Source: Cystobasidiomycetes sp. EMM_F5 (lineage: Eukaryota). Taken from it: a DNA stretch of 64,000 nt. Of this stretch, positions 24,746-38,661 are shown one piece after another. Position numbers and translations under genes: made by a program. Position 1 is the first letter of the stretch. The number at the start of each line of letters is the position of its first letter. The notes below the pieces were generated by a model. The model was not told where the DNA came from, did not search any database, and saw only the letters and a list, made by a program, of their open reading frames with translations. The stretch spans positions 124,001-188,000 of the forward strand of contig JBPGPT010000001.1 of assembly GCA_051047955.1 (NCBI GenBank), read 5' to 3'.

Positions 24746-25243
24746 CACATACGCAGTAAGTCATCTTGATGTAAGATGAACAGTGGCGACATTATACCGG
24801 CGTTGCTAAAGTGTTTTATGCTTGTTACAGACCTGTAATTCGAAGAAGCATCGCAAATTCTCGACATCGCTTCAGTGCAGCATAAAATTAGTTTATGTAA
24901 TGCTTTTGGGGTAAGGAAGGGTGGCATAACATATAGTGTGAGCACTCGATACGCGATTGAAAATCGAAAAAGCAGGCGCTGAACATTTGCCTAGGCTGCT
25001 GTCTTGGTTTGACGTTGGTACTAGCGTAGAGACTCGGTGTATCCAAGAGTTCTGAAGGTCCGCCCTGGTATAGCCTGTCTTTTCGAATTGTTGTATTTAT
25101 ATGGAATATCCCAACTCGACCATCCTCTTGGCCACTGGCTTGACTTCCACCGTATATAATGCGGCATTGGCAATGACCCACAAAGCTATGCACCAACAAG
25201 GAGGGCCAATCTGATTCTGTAGACTCATTGCTGAGTGTCCGTC

Positions 25244-28200
25244 ATGAACGGCACTCACGACACAGCTGGCGGGCAAGATGCCAAAGACCGCTTGGGCCAC
25301 AACACCCACCATCCTCTGAATCCGCGTGGATCGTATTCGCAGTTACCATTTGTGACTCCCACTAGGCCTGCGAGTCCACTGGTGGGCGCAAAGGCCGACC
25401 GGTTTGCATTTAGCACGACCCTACGCCGCCAGAGTCTCGGCGAGCACGACCATCAACAGTATCAACCGTACAATGGTCAGAACGCACACAGCGGGCAGAA
25501 GGAGCACAGCCATTCAGGGTTCTCCCGCATCATCAATGTTGGCACCGAAAGCGGTACAAGCCTCGGTTCTGCAAGCCTTCTAGGCACACACGCAACAATG
25601 TCGCCTCCGGTGCCAGCTCATCATCCTTTTGCGCATACAGCCGGTGTCGTCACTCCGTCAGCTCGTTTCGCTCGGTGTACAGTAGCGGACGCTGCAGCGC
25701 AACTTCAAACAAGCCTGGAGACGGGCTTGTCCAGTAGCGTCATCCATGCGATTCGGTCCATATCTGGGCCAAACGAGTTTGAAGTTGCACAACAAGAAAA
25801 AGCGCTCTCTAAATTCTTCAAACAATTTTACGAAAGCCCGTTGATCTTGCTGCTATTGGGTAGCGCGGCAGTCAGTGCCTTGGTAGGCAATATTGACGAT
25901 GCTGCCAGCATCACGCTCGCCATAATCATTGTCGTGACGGGTATGCATACGACAATCTTGCGAAGAGATCATGTGGGTCTGACCATATCTATTTACAGTC
26001 GGTTTCGTGCAAGAACAGCGGTCGGAAAAGAGCCTAGAGGCTCTGAACAAGCTGGTGCCGCACTGGTGTCACCTCATTCGGTACGATACGCTATTTAGCA
26101 GTGGATTGTCTTTGACACCAGCTCTGTAATAAAGTGATGGAACAAGGCAGAACCAATTGGCCAACGTATTAGTACCTGGAGATATAGTGTACTTCAAGGT
26201 TGGAGACCGTATACCAGCAGATATTCGGCTCATCCGAGCGATAGACCTGGAAATTGATGAGAGCAACCTTACTGGCGAGACGAGGCCTGCTCGTAAAAAC
26301 ACTGAACCTGTCGATGGGTACGGAATGAGTCACGATCCTGGAATTAGCGAGCGAACCAATACAGCCTTCATGGGCACATTGGTGCGCAACGGGAACGGTG
26401 CAGGAATAGTGGTAGCGACTGGTCAACAAAGTGAATTTGGAGTAATCTTCAGTATGATGCAGGAGGTCGGCAAAGCTTCATTAATACTTATGACGTGAGC
26501 ATATCGCTGAAACTTGTATATGCAGGTCGGCGAGCGGAAGACACCACTACAATTATCGATGGACGAGTTGGCAAAGAAGCTCTCCATAATTTCTTTCGCG
26601 GTAATAGGCTTGATCTGCTTGATAGGTGTGTATCAGCAGAGGTCCTGGTTGGAGATGTTCACTATAGGTGGTAAGTCAATCAATAGGGCAAAGAATTGAC
26701 AGTGACAATTTGTGCAAATCACGCAGTCTCGCTGGCTGTCGCAGCGATCCCTGAAGGCTTGCCAATAGTCGTGACAGTGACACTCGCTCTTGGTGTTTTG
26801 CGGATGTCGAAGCGTCAAGCTATTGTCAAGAAGCTACCGTCTGTAGAAACGCTCGGGTCCGTCTCCGTCATATGCAGCGATAAGACTGGCACCTTGACAA
26901 CAAACGAGATGACAACAATCAAAATATATACTGTCGATGACGGGATAATAGATGTTCGACATCGCCCTAGCCTTATTTCGGAAGCGGTCATAAAAACAGC
27001 GCTGGTCGGCAACCTTTGCAACGCTTCATTCCGGAGTCCAGAAGGCACCATTGTCGGCCAATCAACGGAGGTAGCTCTGTACAATGTGCTATCGATGCTC
27101 GGACTGTCCGATGCACGTGGCACTTTCACGAAAACGAATGAGCAACCTTTCAACAGCGAAAACAAGTGGCAATCGGTGACTGGCATTCTACATGACCCGC
27201 GGCAAAGCCTATCAGCGTCAGCCAGCCTTCAGCGCGAAGTAACATATCTCAGCGGCGCTTTGGAGGTAGTGCTGCCCAGGTGCAAGAACTATGTTCGCCT
27301 TGATGCATCAATCAGCGCACTGGACCAGTCGGTGACTTCTATTATTACGAGCAAAGCATCCGATATGTCACGGAGTGGCCTGAGGGTGGTGGCTCTGGGC
27401 TGTGGCCCGGACGAACACAATCTGGCGTTTTGTGGCTTACAAGGCATCATGGATCCTCCGCGTAAGGGTGTTGCCGATGCAATCGCATCGCTAAATGCTG
27501 CAAGCGTTCAGGTTGTCATGATAACCGGTGATTCCGAGGAGACTGCCGTCTCTATCGCTAGGGAGCTTGGCATCCGCGTCAATCCAGGTCGCTCGGGCAG
27601 CGTTCTGAGCGGTCGTGACATTGACGCACTCAGCCAGCGACAATTAGTTGAGCGTATTGCGGGTGTCAGTGTCTTTGCGAGAACAACGCCTAGACACAAG
27701 ATGGCGCTGATCGAAGCGTTCCAAAGTCGAGGTCATATAGTCGCCATGACCGGTGACGGCGGTGAGCAAGCGGCAACGAGCCTCGCGTAAAGTATGAAAC
27801 TGATAATGTCCACAGTAAACGATGCGCCAGCGCTTAAAATGGCAGATATTGGTATCAGTATGGGCAAAGGAGCTACAGACGTAGCAAAAGAGGCTGCCGA
27901 TGTCATCCTGGTGGATGATAATTTCGCCACTATAATTACCGCTGTTGAGGAGGGCAAATCGATATTTTATAATATCCAAAACTTTTTGGGTTTCCAGCTG
28001 TCTACTGCTGTCGCAGCCCTCACTCTGATCACGATCTCGACTGCGCTTCGGCTGCCCACTCCTCTCAATCCTATGCAAATCCTGTTCATCAACATCCTCA
28101 TGGACGGTAGGTTCTCTTGTGATACGTTTGTACTATTCTAAATTGACTGGAAACAGGGCCACCATCTCAGTCTCTGGGAGTAGATCCCGTCAACAAGGAG

Positions 28201-28718
28201 GTCATGCGTCGACCTCCGCGGCCCAAGAACGCATCAACTCTGTCCATCGCTTTGTTATATCGTATCCTCTTTTCAGCAACTATGATCGTCATGGGCACGT
28301 TATTCATCTATGCTGTCGAACTCAGTGACGGAGACAGCCCGGAGCGCGATCAAACCATGGTAAGCGATGGCGTCAGTTCGGATGACGGTCGCTGATGCCC
28401 ATATGAACCTAATCGCTGCAGACTTTTACCTCGTTTGTTTTCCTGGATTTGGTTTCGGCAGTTCAAAATCGCGGCTTGTCATGCGGCCTTACGCAAAATC
28501 GCATGCTGGTCACGACCGTTGGCATATCATTCATCACGCAGTTGCTCCTCATCTATTTTCCACCATTGCAGCATGTGTTCCAAACGGAAGCACTGGACTT
28601 CCACGACCTAATGGTACTCTTGGCATTAGGGGGTGTGAGCTTTACACTTCATGAAGTACGACGAAGGTGGGAACGACAAGATAATGACAAATTACGGTTT
28701 TTGGAGAGCGCAGTATGA
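25244..28718 (+). CDS. PMR1: Golgi Ca2+/Mn2+ P-type ATPase (SPCA type)
   Basis: [66 protein letters not shown]. Confidence 0.96.
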
Positions 28719-28854
28719 GGTGTCATCAGCCTTGTAGCAACATAGTAGAAGTCGCATGTAGTGGCAGCAGAGTTTGGTCGATTATGCTAAGAATATCCCT
28801 ACGACATCGATTGCTTCACAGTGATTGACGACAGCACGGTATACCAGATATCTT

Positions 28855-29637
28855 TCACACACCGCCAGGATGATCTAGGCTCTTCTGCACGTCTCCGGTC
28901 GCGTTACTAGCTGCATCCGACACAGTGCGAAGAAGGGCTGCGCTGACGTCCTCCAACTCGTCTGCGGTGAAGCAGCATTGAAACGAAAGCTGTGCAAACA
29001 CTTCTAACTGCAAGGCGCGTAGTTCACGCTGGCTGACTCCCCCGACTTTCGCTGCTCGGCAAGGTTCAATACGCGCGTCGCTGATAAATGTGGATGCCAC
29101 GGTGAGGCAGCTGAGCAGAAGTCTGTGTACCGTCCATTGATTCAACGAGGGCATGGGGTCTTGTGATTGTCTTTGTAAGAGGCGTGCAGAGGGGTGACAT
29201 TCGGGAAACAATGGTTGTAGGTCGTTGGAACCGGCTTGCTGTACGGCTGCATGAGATAAGCGGTTGATATAAAGTATTGCTATGAGCACAACGTCCGCTG
29301 AATATGGTGTGAGCTTGTATAGCCTGAAACGGGTTTGTTTGTTTAGTAAATTCCAAGCGACAAACGCCGTTGCTCAGCACCTTTGAAGATATGCCAGGAT
29401 GGACATGGGCGGCGTTTGTGCCGCATGGAAGCGTGTAATTGCGATACGCGATTGCTTTTCGCCCCGAAGCAGATTCGTGTTTGCGGTCACACACGTCTGT
29501 AATGCGGTAGCCACAACATTGACCAGTTCATTCGAGGGCAATCGCATCAGGGTCGCCGCGCTGGCACTGACAGACTCGGCAGCGCATGATATTGGTGGTG
29601 TGTGGTCAGGGAGAGCCTCATCGCTTTTGTTTGTCAT
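28855..29637 (-). CDS. Pho80/Pcl6-7-type cyclin
   Basis: TRFHAAQTPPMSILAYLQR|L..., LIAILYINRL, LNQWTVHRLLLSCLTVAS, AKVGGVSQREL. Confidence 0.85.
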
Positions 29638-29757
29638 GCATGTGTCGAAGTTGGCATGATGGATGAAAGCATAGTGCAACACTCCTTGAATTGTTCTACT
29701 CCGGACAAGTGACAAATATCACATTCGATGCGTACTAATATCTGTATTGACTAGCCT

Positions 29758-32700
29758 TTATCGCCTTTCCCGCAATAGAAGTACAGACAGGACCAAAGCA
29801 GACCCGAACAATCCTATCCAGCCAAATAATACAAGAACGTCACTGTACGGCGACAACAGTCAGCATATACGCGCAAAGAAGCTAAGTAACCAAGTACTTG
29901 CCGGTAGTAACTGTCCATCTTGAAGCCAAACAACAGCTCCATTATGATTTGCGCGTTTATCGAGACCGGGACACCAGATAGGACGTCGTTGATCATCAGT
30001 CCACCGCTCACTTCGTTAACCGATAAAGCTTCAAGGGTATATCTAAGGCCAAATGTTCAGCAGAATCACATTGTTCGGCTAAGCGAACGGACTTCAGTGG
30101 ATTGAGCCATTGTATCCACCGCAAAGCAGGCGGAATTTTTGAGAGATTAACAAAGAATCCTGCATATGCCAGTTGAGCCAGATTTATGACATTAGCTACC
30201 AACACTGCCACTGCTGGCTGAGGGATGACGACTGCCAGGAAAAGATTCCATAGAGTGATTGCCGCAGAGAATTCAACAAGAATGAGCAAGAACTATCAAA
30301 GTGAAGCAGAGCCGTCAATGTGGTTAGCCATCACGAACAAACACTTTGAGCTTGCCTTGAAGAAGTGCGCGGCGTCGGGCGACAACCCAACCATCCAGTA
30401 TGTTATGACGCCGAGTATTACCGTGGGCAAGAGTCGCAACGGCACAATATCCCAGATAGCACGCGATAGCATCCACACAATTGGTCCATAGTAGGCGGAA
30501 GCCCGTTCACGAAGGAAGAGCGACTTCACCACGGAGAGATTGGACAATGCTGAAAGGGCAGAGAAAGCGACCAGCGCACCTAAAAAGAAGAGTGCTCCGA
30601 TGCGGTCCTGAAAGCCAGCTATGGTGGTGTCGACCTTGAAATACAGTCCACCAACGAAGAGGCCAACTATAGCAGCAACCACGTTGTGCATAATGATAAG
30701 ACTGTAGTCTCGCCGAAGATTCAAGAACTCGCGATGGCTAAGTGCCTGGAATTGAGTCAGTCGCGTAGTCACTGGCCTCGCTGCCCTCGCCTTGACCGGT
30801 ACATAATTGTTATTTCCGTCATGTTCGTCTGATGTGCGATTTGCAACACCGCCGTATGAAGCCAGATAATCGTCCGATGGCGGGCCGGACGTATCGCCGC
30901 GACTGTCACTAGAGCGCGATTTATCCAAGTTGTGGATCGGTATAAGGTTTTGCTTCGAGCAGTTCGGCGAGGATGCAATGTCTAGCAAGTCTGGCGCACG
31001 TTGTGTTTCATCAGGACTAGCTACTTCCGCTTGGACTCGTCTTACTTACGATCGGCTGGATTCCAATCTTTAGGACATGGCATACCTTGCGCTGCGAAGT
31101 ACGCAGTGGCTGAAGCGGCGGGACCCAAGTATATTTGCAACCCTTGTGATGACAGGACCAATATAGTGTCAAAAGCGTGCTATATTGCTTCCACGTCAGT
31201 GTAATTCACCATATTTGCAATGAACCTACGAATATCTGAGAAGATGGCTGATGTATTGTCGCAACAATTGTAGTCCGCCCGAAAGTAGGGTCTTCATTGT
31301 GAGCCAGATCCCGTAGAACCGCCACCACTTTCGCGGCAGAAGTAGAATCCAATCCGGATCTACGATAAAAGGTTAGATCTTACTGCGCACTGTCAATTTC
31401 GATACTCACGTAGGCTCATCGAGAATCAGAATGGATGGTAATGCTATCAATTCCAAGCCAATGCTTAGCCTACGCCGTTCGCCCCCGCTGATACCGCGGC
31501 GTTCTCCCGAGCCAATGCGTGAATTTGCGATGTCCTGCAGGCCAAGCTGTCCCAAGACTTGCCATACTCTTTCCGCTTTCTCATCGTCGCTGATTGCTTC
31601 TGACAACTTCAGCCTGGCAGCAAACATTAGTGCTTCCCGCACAGCTGGCAAAGGTTGTCAAATGAAGAGTTTTAGCAAAGGAGGATGCGTTACAGGCTTA
31701 CTCAGATTTTCGGGCAGTATATCGGCTTGATCGACATAACCGATTCTCACGGCGGATGCTGAACGATCTCCAGTTGAAGAAATATGCACACTGCCTCTGA
31801 CTCGCCCAATCTTGCGTTTACCGGCCAGAATATCGACGAAAGTGCTGGTTCGGATTGTCAGTACATGCTCTTCACAATTCATGTCGTCCTGTAATAGCAC
31901 TCACGACTTTCCAGCTCCAGATGGCCCTAGGATTGCCATGAAAGCCCCGTATGGTAGCTCTCCGGACAGATCATCGAGCACAACCCTGCCGGAGCGCCCA
32001 TTAGAACGCGCTGGGAGTTCTGCGTTCTTCTCGTGGGCTGCAGTGCTCCCACTACGAGCGCTATGAGGGATTCGTCGTCGGAAAATGCTCGACATCGCGG
32101 CGCCCGATTGTGTCGGCAATGTGTATCCGATGTGCGACCATGTCAGACCGGCGGGCGTAGCTTGCGAAAGGTGTTGCCTTCCGCCCTTTCGTGCTCGTCT
32201 TTGTGCAACAAGGCCTAGCAAAAGAGCCAGAAGTACCAGACCGACCAGTCCTCCGACTACTGCCAGGCCTGCGATAACGCCCCCCGATAATCCATCACTA
32301 GCGCTTGCACTTCCAGTCCCAGAGTACTGCTGAACTACGGTAGATGACACACATTCTCCAAAGCGACAGCTGCTGAGCGCCAGCCCACTCTGTCCAAAGA
32401 GCTGCTGGAGCGTTGACTGGATGAAGCTACAAGCACTGCCGTCATAGCCACAGTTTATTTGCAGGTTTCCCGACAGGCCATTGAGGGTATCTGTCAGATT
32501 GAGCGGCGGACTGCAGAATGCCGCACCGGAAATACATCGACATTGCAGATTATTACACGAGAGCTTGATTTGGGAAGATGTGGTATCGTTTGTTTGAATG
32601 CACGAGTCTGCGGCACAGTAGAATTGTTCTTGCGGAAAAGCGGATGCGTTTGCAGAGTACCATAGTTGGGCATAAGTGGTGTTTTCAGGAGACAGACCCT

Positions 32701-33475
32701 GGGCCAAAGTAGAAGCGACATGAATATTGCGTTGGAATTTTCTGCTCAGGAAGGGAAAGCGTTAGATGGCTCTACTGCCGATAGATGCGTAGGTTGTTGT
32801 GGCAAACGCACAGTGTTGTCGTGCCGGGAAACACAGCTTGCAGAGTCGGGTTGAGGACATCGCATTGCGCGAATGAGGTGGTGTATGCATATGGTGATGT
32901 TGAGCATTGTACACTATCGCCTACGATCTGCCCGCTGCTGGACGAGCCACGGGCAGCGCTGACTGCAGCCTGGCAGGCTGCATCGGTCTGGCAGAGGTTG
33001 CAGTCTAGCCCGGTGAAGCCTGACGAGCACTGGCTCGTCGAATTGCATCCCGAAGGTCCAGCTGTGTTTTGTATTGCAGTTCTGTTGGCTGCAGCAGTCA
33101 CCGAGTTGCTGCACAGTATCGAGCTGCAGGTCGCCCCTCTGTACGCGGGTTGCATCAGCATGCCTCAGCTACGACTGGAGATTAACTAGCCAAATTGCCA
33201 GCACACGCACCCAAATCCCACCGGACACTGGCATGTCCCGCTGCTGCTCGCCGTTCCGAAATTGATGCACGACATGGCTCGAGTGACAGTTTGGCGAACG
33301 GCGATAGAGACAGGACTGGCTTGAATCGTCAGGGCAGACGATGCAGCACAGCAGCTAGCTGGTCAGCATGCGGCTATGGAACAGCATTGCATGAAGACAT
33401 CGGTCCTGGTCCAAGGCGTATTTACGCGCACGGACCCAAAGACATCAACAAAATCGATGGCCGGCCATGACCCAT
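29758..33475 (-). CDS. ADP1: Half-size ABCG transporter with a Cys-rich/EGF-like N-terminal ectodomain (Adp1-like)
   Basis: Signal peptide, CQCPVGFG and CSSGFTGLDC EGF-like motifs, a TM helix, Walker A GPSGAGKS, signature GISGGERRRLSIG, Walker B ILDEPT, NPAD, and an ABC2 membrane domain. Start exon inferred. Confidence 0.9.
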
Positions 33476-33719
33476 CTGCGAAGAAAGACTACTGATGCAT
33501 CCTGATGACTGCTGATAGAATAAGAGATAACGGCATGCTGATCCTAATCTCTGTTGATCTCCAGCCAGGCGGGAGCGAGGCGGGCCTTGTGATGACTTGC
33601 CATCTTGTTTACAGACAAGCTGTGGGCTGACATCGAAAATTGAGTCTATTTTGCGCTCGCGTGCTTCTTCAGTCAGTATACATCCGGAAGAGCACACCTT
33701 GTCACTCTTGGTCCACAGA

Positions 33720-35965
33720 ATGCAGATGCAGCCAGCTCGTAGCCGCCGCCCGACACAGACATATCCTGGGCTGTATGAAGCTCCTCGAACACCGTCTCGT
33801 CATCGATCCAAATCTCCAAACGCAACTTTTGCTACACCTCATCGACGAGACCCAACTCCAGATTGGGGACGAGCTTCACTGAGCAGAGCCTCCTCGACTC
33901 ACCCCCCAATACTGGCAAGGACACAAAGATCGGTCTCGAGAGGCAGTGATAGGAGAAAACCCTTGAGTACCGACGATGTCGAGCAATGGGAACTGCTTCG
34001 ACAGCAAGGCTTGATTTTGCGAGGCAGTTCTAGCGCGCATCCCGCTGCAGTTGCGCGCAATGAGGTGTCTGTAAGCAAGCCTGATCGCAATGTCTGCTGT
34101 TGAACATCAATCTGATGCTCAAAACCCACTTGCAGATCGTATCGACACTCCCACAGTCTTTCCACACATATCATACGATTGCGAATCCGCCGCAGTCAAT
34201 CTCTCGCCTACGCTCCTCTACGGGCAGTAACTCGTCCATGAGACTGCAAAAGAAGCCAACAGCAGTCTTTGCCAGGCCGTCTTTGCCTTTACAGAGACTT
34301 GATATACCGTTGCCGCTGGATGCACTGCAGGTTTCCCGAGACGGTGACATAGACCGGCGTACTGAACATACGAGGACATCCACTTTGCAATCTTCCTCCA
34401 GCCGACATGCTCAACTTCGAGCAGACAATACCTTTCTATATGAGCGGCCATCCAAAGCCTCGTATATCGAGAGAGAAAATACTGCCAAACAAGTCGAGAT
34501 GCAGAAACATCTTGCCGCTGTCAGCCGGAGTCGCCCTATAACTCCTGTAGCAACACGTAATGGCGCCAGTAGACGTTCCTCGCTGGCGCCGCGAAGATCA
34601 GTGGAATCATTGTACTCGATTTACGCTGGCTCGCCATCACGGACAGTTTCGCCTGCTCAGCATTCGGCTCTTGCATACCTTCAATCGCCTAATGTATCGT
34701 ATGGAATAAGGCGAGCGAGTGCCATGGAACCTCGCGAAAACTACTCGTCGCCATCTCAGATCAGAAATCGCCGAAGCTCTGCCCATCACTCCTCGCCAGC
34801 ATGGATGCCACCTACGCGCGAGCTTCAGTCATCGCAGCTGTCGCGGCAGGAGACAGAAGCATCTTTCTACTCTCAAACCACTATGCGGGAGGTCTATCCT
34901 GCAGCCCTGGTCCCATCATCCCGGCCTTCGAGTCGCGCAAGTGCTCGTTCTTACGCAATGGATACCTCAGTCTGTGGTCTGGATGATGATCATGGCCAAA
35001 TGATCTTGCAGAGCAGTGCAATGACGCCTCGAACTCTGAGTACCGCTCAATTACTATGGCATGATCTGTACGAAGAGCTACTAGCCGAGGACAGCATGAC
35101 TGAAATGCATCCAGGCTACTCTGAACACGACAACCCTATTCAGAAGTCGCCGCAGAAGCCGCAAAAGATCGTTTCGTCGGCCGACTTTATTCCGCCATCA
35201 CCTGTTGCTGTCGCACCGTTGCGACATCGCAAAACAATGAGACGGAATCCTTCAGAGACTGAGCAATATACTAGTCCGACTAGACCGCCCCTTCTCAGAC
35301 GTTCAGAGCCGAATCATGTATATGGAGGGCACGAAGAGCACGCTGACCGACTCATCAAGCGGGCGAGAAAGTCGGTGGAGGAAACGTCAATGCAGTCAAC
35401 GACTTCTTCTCCCGTCAAGCTACAACGTGAAATCCAGCCGTTGACTGCATCCCAAGATCTGCTGGCCCACAAGCCCTTGCATGAAGATCAGCCGCATCAA
35501 TCTCCCGTCCCTTCACCAGTCGGACAACTGGCGGCGAAGCTTCGCTCAAAACGTATCAGTGATCATGACGATGATATGGAAACATATGACTTCTCCGCCT
35601 TGGATGAATTGGCTCGTCGATCGGCGCCGAGTGAAGCTGGGGAGGAGAATGGCGATATGCACATGTCGATTACCTCTGCACTGACGGAGACCGACCAGCA
35701 GCAGTCAGCAGGCGAGGTCTCGGCCACGAAGCTGGATCCCTCTGCATCGAATTTCAGCAAAGACGATTCGGCGCTTAGGGACGCGAGCCTTAGCAAAGCC
35801 CAAGAAGCAAAGCCTCGGCCAGCTAACAGCCACTTACAAGGGATAGAGTCTGTAAGGAGACCCCTGGCTGCGATTGTGCGGAGCTCGACACGCATTCCGG
35901 CGCCTACTGCTCGCAAGTTCGCTGGCAAGATATATGCAAATAGAATAGACAAGCCTTTCGCATGA
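33720..35965 (+). CDS. Hypothetical low-complexity Ser/Pro/Arg-rich disordered protein
   Basis: Exon 33720-34070, intron GTAAGC...CAG (34071-34135), then about 610 open codons to TGA at 35965. No domain recognised. Confidence 0.7.
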
Positions 35966-36094
35966 TAGAAACAATAGGCGACCATAGCATGAGCTGTACT
36001 TTCATTCCCAATCTAAAATGACTGTTCAAATCGAAAGTAGACGTGAACAGCGGTATGTAGGCGAATGAGTGATGAGAATGAATGAAGACTAGCA

Positions 36095-36108
36095 GTGTGT
36101 GTGTGTGT
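36095..36108. repeat. (GT)7 microsatellite
   Basis: gtgtgtgtgtgtgt between convergent gene ends. Confidence 0.7.
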
Positions 36109-36210
36109 AGGTGCATACACCCGTTTGCTAATATTGGTAACGCTAATCCTGACCACCATGTCTCCGAAACCTAAGAAGCGATGTGTTTGCGGAAAAAAGG
36201 TTAAAAAACT

Positions 36211-37005
36211 CTAGAGAATCAACGCGGCAAGGACAGCGGCACCCAGGATAGCACAAGCTGCGCCCGCATTGCCGGTGCGTAGGGCTGAATTTGGGCGGCT
36301 GGTCGTGGAAGGCGGGACAGCAGCAACGCTAGCCGAAGTCGAAGAGCTCGAAGAGGTGGGAGTGGAGCTAGTGCCGGAAGTCTTGGAAGCACCGGCGGAA
36401 GCGACTGACGAGGATGTGGTGCTTGCAGGACCTAGAGAAGTGCCGATAGTAACACCGAATTGAGCGCATTGTGCTGCGCCGCCAGCAATGGCCGTTTGCA
36501 GATCGGCAGGATTGGTGCAGCTCTGTTGATGGAAGACATGACATTAGATCCATTAAGCTACCTCGATTGTTACGAAGGGCTTCACAGTTTGTAGGCTTAA
36601 CAGAGAAAACAAGGGTGTCAGTCAAACGCAGCCCAACTTGCTTTGATGAAGGAGATTCCATACCAGGCAGCAATCTTAGCTTGCAGCGATTGGTCTGTGC
36701 AAAGGCATTTGACATCGCTAATACCTCCGCATGCGGAAGACGCGGCATTGTTGAGAGTGCATGTTCTGCAGCCGGAGGTAAAAAGAAACCCAAAAAAATG
36801 CAGGAAATTGAGCAGATGCTACAATCTGACTTGTATAACATGCGCACAGTGCACATGTAGGGATACCAGCCGTGTTCTGTTGGGTGTGTGCCATTCAGCG
36901 TCTACGGACATGACCGTACGCACCAGCCCCGCAATTCGGACTCACCTGCGCAGCGACGAAAGCGGGCAGGATTGCGACAAGGGAGACGATCTTGAGTGTC
37001 AACAT
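36211..37005 (-). CDS. GPI-anchored CFEM-domain protein (copy 1); fragmented in the ORF track
   Basis: Manual splicing: MLTLKIVSLVAILPAFVAAQ|NTAGIPTCAL|TCTLNNAASSACGGISDVKCLCTDQSLQAKIAAC|LQT|SCTNPADLQTAIAGGAAQCAQFG. Eight Cys, a Ser/Thr stalk and a hydrophobic C-terminus ILGAAVLAALIL*. Confidence 0.88.
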
Positions 37006-37902
37006 TGTAGGTGTGCGTGATTAAGAGGGGCGTTCTGGAGAAATATAAGCAGGGTGGAGTTGCAGGACGGAAGAGAAGCCAAGCAACATCGCGCAAAAAT
37101 GGAAACCTCAGCCGGGCATCACAGACCTCCAGAGGCACTGCGAGGAGAACCGTATGCATTCCGAAGCCAATTTCTTGCCGATTCCAACGGCGGCTAACGG
37201 CTTTGGCTGAAAACTGTATAGCGATCTGCGGGACACTTGTTTCGTTCCAGCCTGGAGAACAGGACGAGCAGGGAACGGGATGATTGTCAAGAATCCGTAG
37301 TTTATCGAGCCAGTTGGAAGTCAAGCGGCCCAGGCGGCGCGGACAGAGCTTTAGGTCAGGACAGCACGGGCCGCCTTTCAAGAATTCAAGAATACCGAGA
37401 TGGTTTACTACCCTCGCAAAGAGGTCTGCCTATTTAGTAATTGCAACCACGTTCGGCAATACCACTGTATTTAACAACGAGTTTTGCTTGTAGGCGTGTA
37501 CGCCAAATTGTAATGCACCGACCCGTTCTCCCTCTTTCACATGCCTGCAGCTGATCCTAGACTCCTGGCAGTTCCTCGGAAGTCTCAGAACTCCGGGCAG
37601 CGCAAGGATTCAGAGACTCAGGCCGCCCACGGAACATACGGAAAGCCTCGTAGGGGTGCGCCTCTTACCAACGTTTTTTTTTACACAACCAAAACGTGGC
37701 AGAAAAACGCGAGAACCGCTACCGTCACGGAAGCGTGAATCATGCGAGTAGTTGGGTCGGCGGAATTTGGAGCTGCTGCTGCTGCCCGCTCGTGATGCAA
37801 TTTTAGCTGCACAGTGTTCCGTCGAGCATTAGGAGCTCTTCGCAGCATAGTAGAACTAGCACGTCGTCAGCCTGTCGCCTTACTCTCATTACCCTGAACC
37901 AC

Positions 37903-38661
37903 TTACTTCATAGTCGTGTTGGTCGAATTCGTGCCATTTGTGGGCAGTGTGACATTGATTGGGTACCCAATAGCAGCGCATGTGTACTAATCCAATTATT
38001 AGCAGTGTTTCTCGCATGCCGGGTGTAGTACAGCTCACGTTTCCGTATAGTAGGGCAGCAGTGAGATCTGTTGGCGAGCACGTCTGAAATACGAAACATG
38101 AGCATGGCTTTCGGAGGGAATGGCGACGACTTTAACTTACATAATTGAAGCATCTTTGTACAGACATCTGGAAGCCAGCATCTACAGGGCGGGTGCTTTT
38201 AGTGAAGCATTGGCACAAAAACCAAAGGACATACTCGTGCACAGGCATGTGAGGTTACCTATTCCCATGCACTTCAAGGGAGTTGCGAGTTAACTTTGCC
38301 CATCTGTAATCGTCTTCTATCAGTACTGCCGGCTCACAGTGGAATTGATGGCGTTTGCGATTGTACATGATCTAGAGGATGGAATAGGGAAGATGGTCAG
38401 CGTATAAAGTAGGGCCTTGAGTCGGTGAATCACTAACAGAGAGCAAGCCGGAACCTAGTTCGTGGTGACGAGTGGCGGACCGCGTACAGAGACAGAATTA
38501 AGACATGATCTCGCAAACGAGGAACGGCCATAGCTTACCGCTGCAGGTGCTGTATTGATGGCAGGTGCAGCAGAGCTTGTTGAAGTCGTGCTTTGTGCAA
38601 CCAATGTAGTCGGAAGCAAAACGAGCGAGACGACGCCAGCCAATACGTGTAAGAGCTTCAT
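37903..38661 (-). CDS. Secreted CFEM-domain protein (copy 2), many micro-exons; 3' end uncertain and may extend to about 37740
   Basis: MKLLHVLAGVVSLVLLPTTLVAQ...|VPACSL|SCTIANAINST|CMGIGNLTCLCT|.AGFQMSVQRCFNY|TCSPTDLTAALLYG. Cys spacing matches copy 1. Confidence 0.75.

Noticed and set aside
7556..33475. GGPP synthase, acyltransferase-GT and ABC transporter as a secondary-metabolite cluster
   Set aside because: No terpene cyclase, PKS, NRPS or P450 is present. The genes are separated by housekeeping loci, and GGPPS and ADP1 look like ordinary conserved orthologues.
37500..37690. Small hairpin (gtaggggtgcgcctcttac) followed by a T9 run, resembling the end of a Pol III RNA
   Set aside because: No tRNA cloverleaf, A/B boxes, or SRP/RNase P/MRP conserved motifs found by eye; a covariance-model search would be needed.
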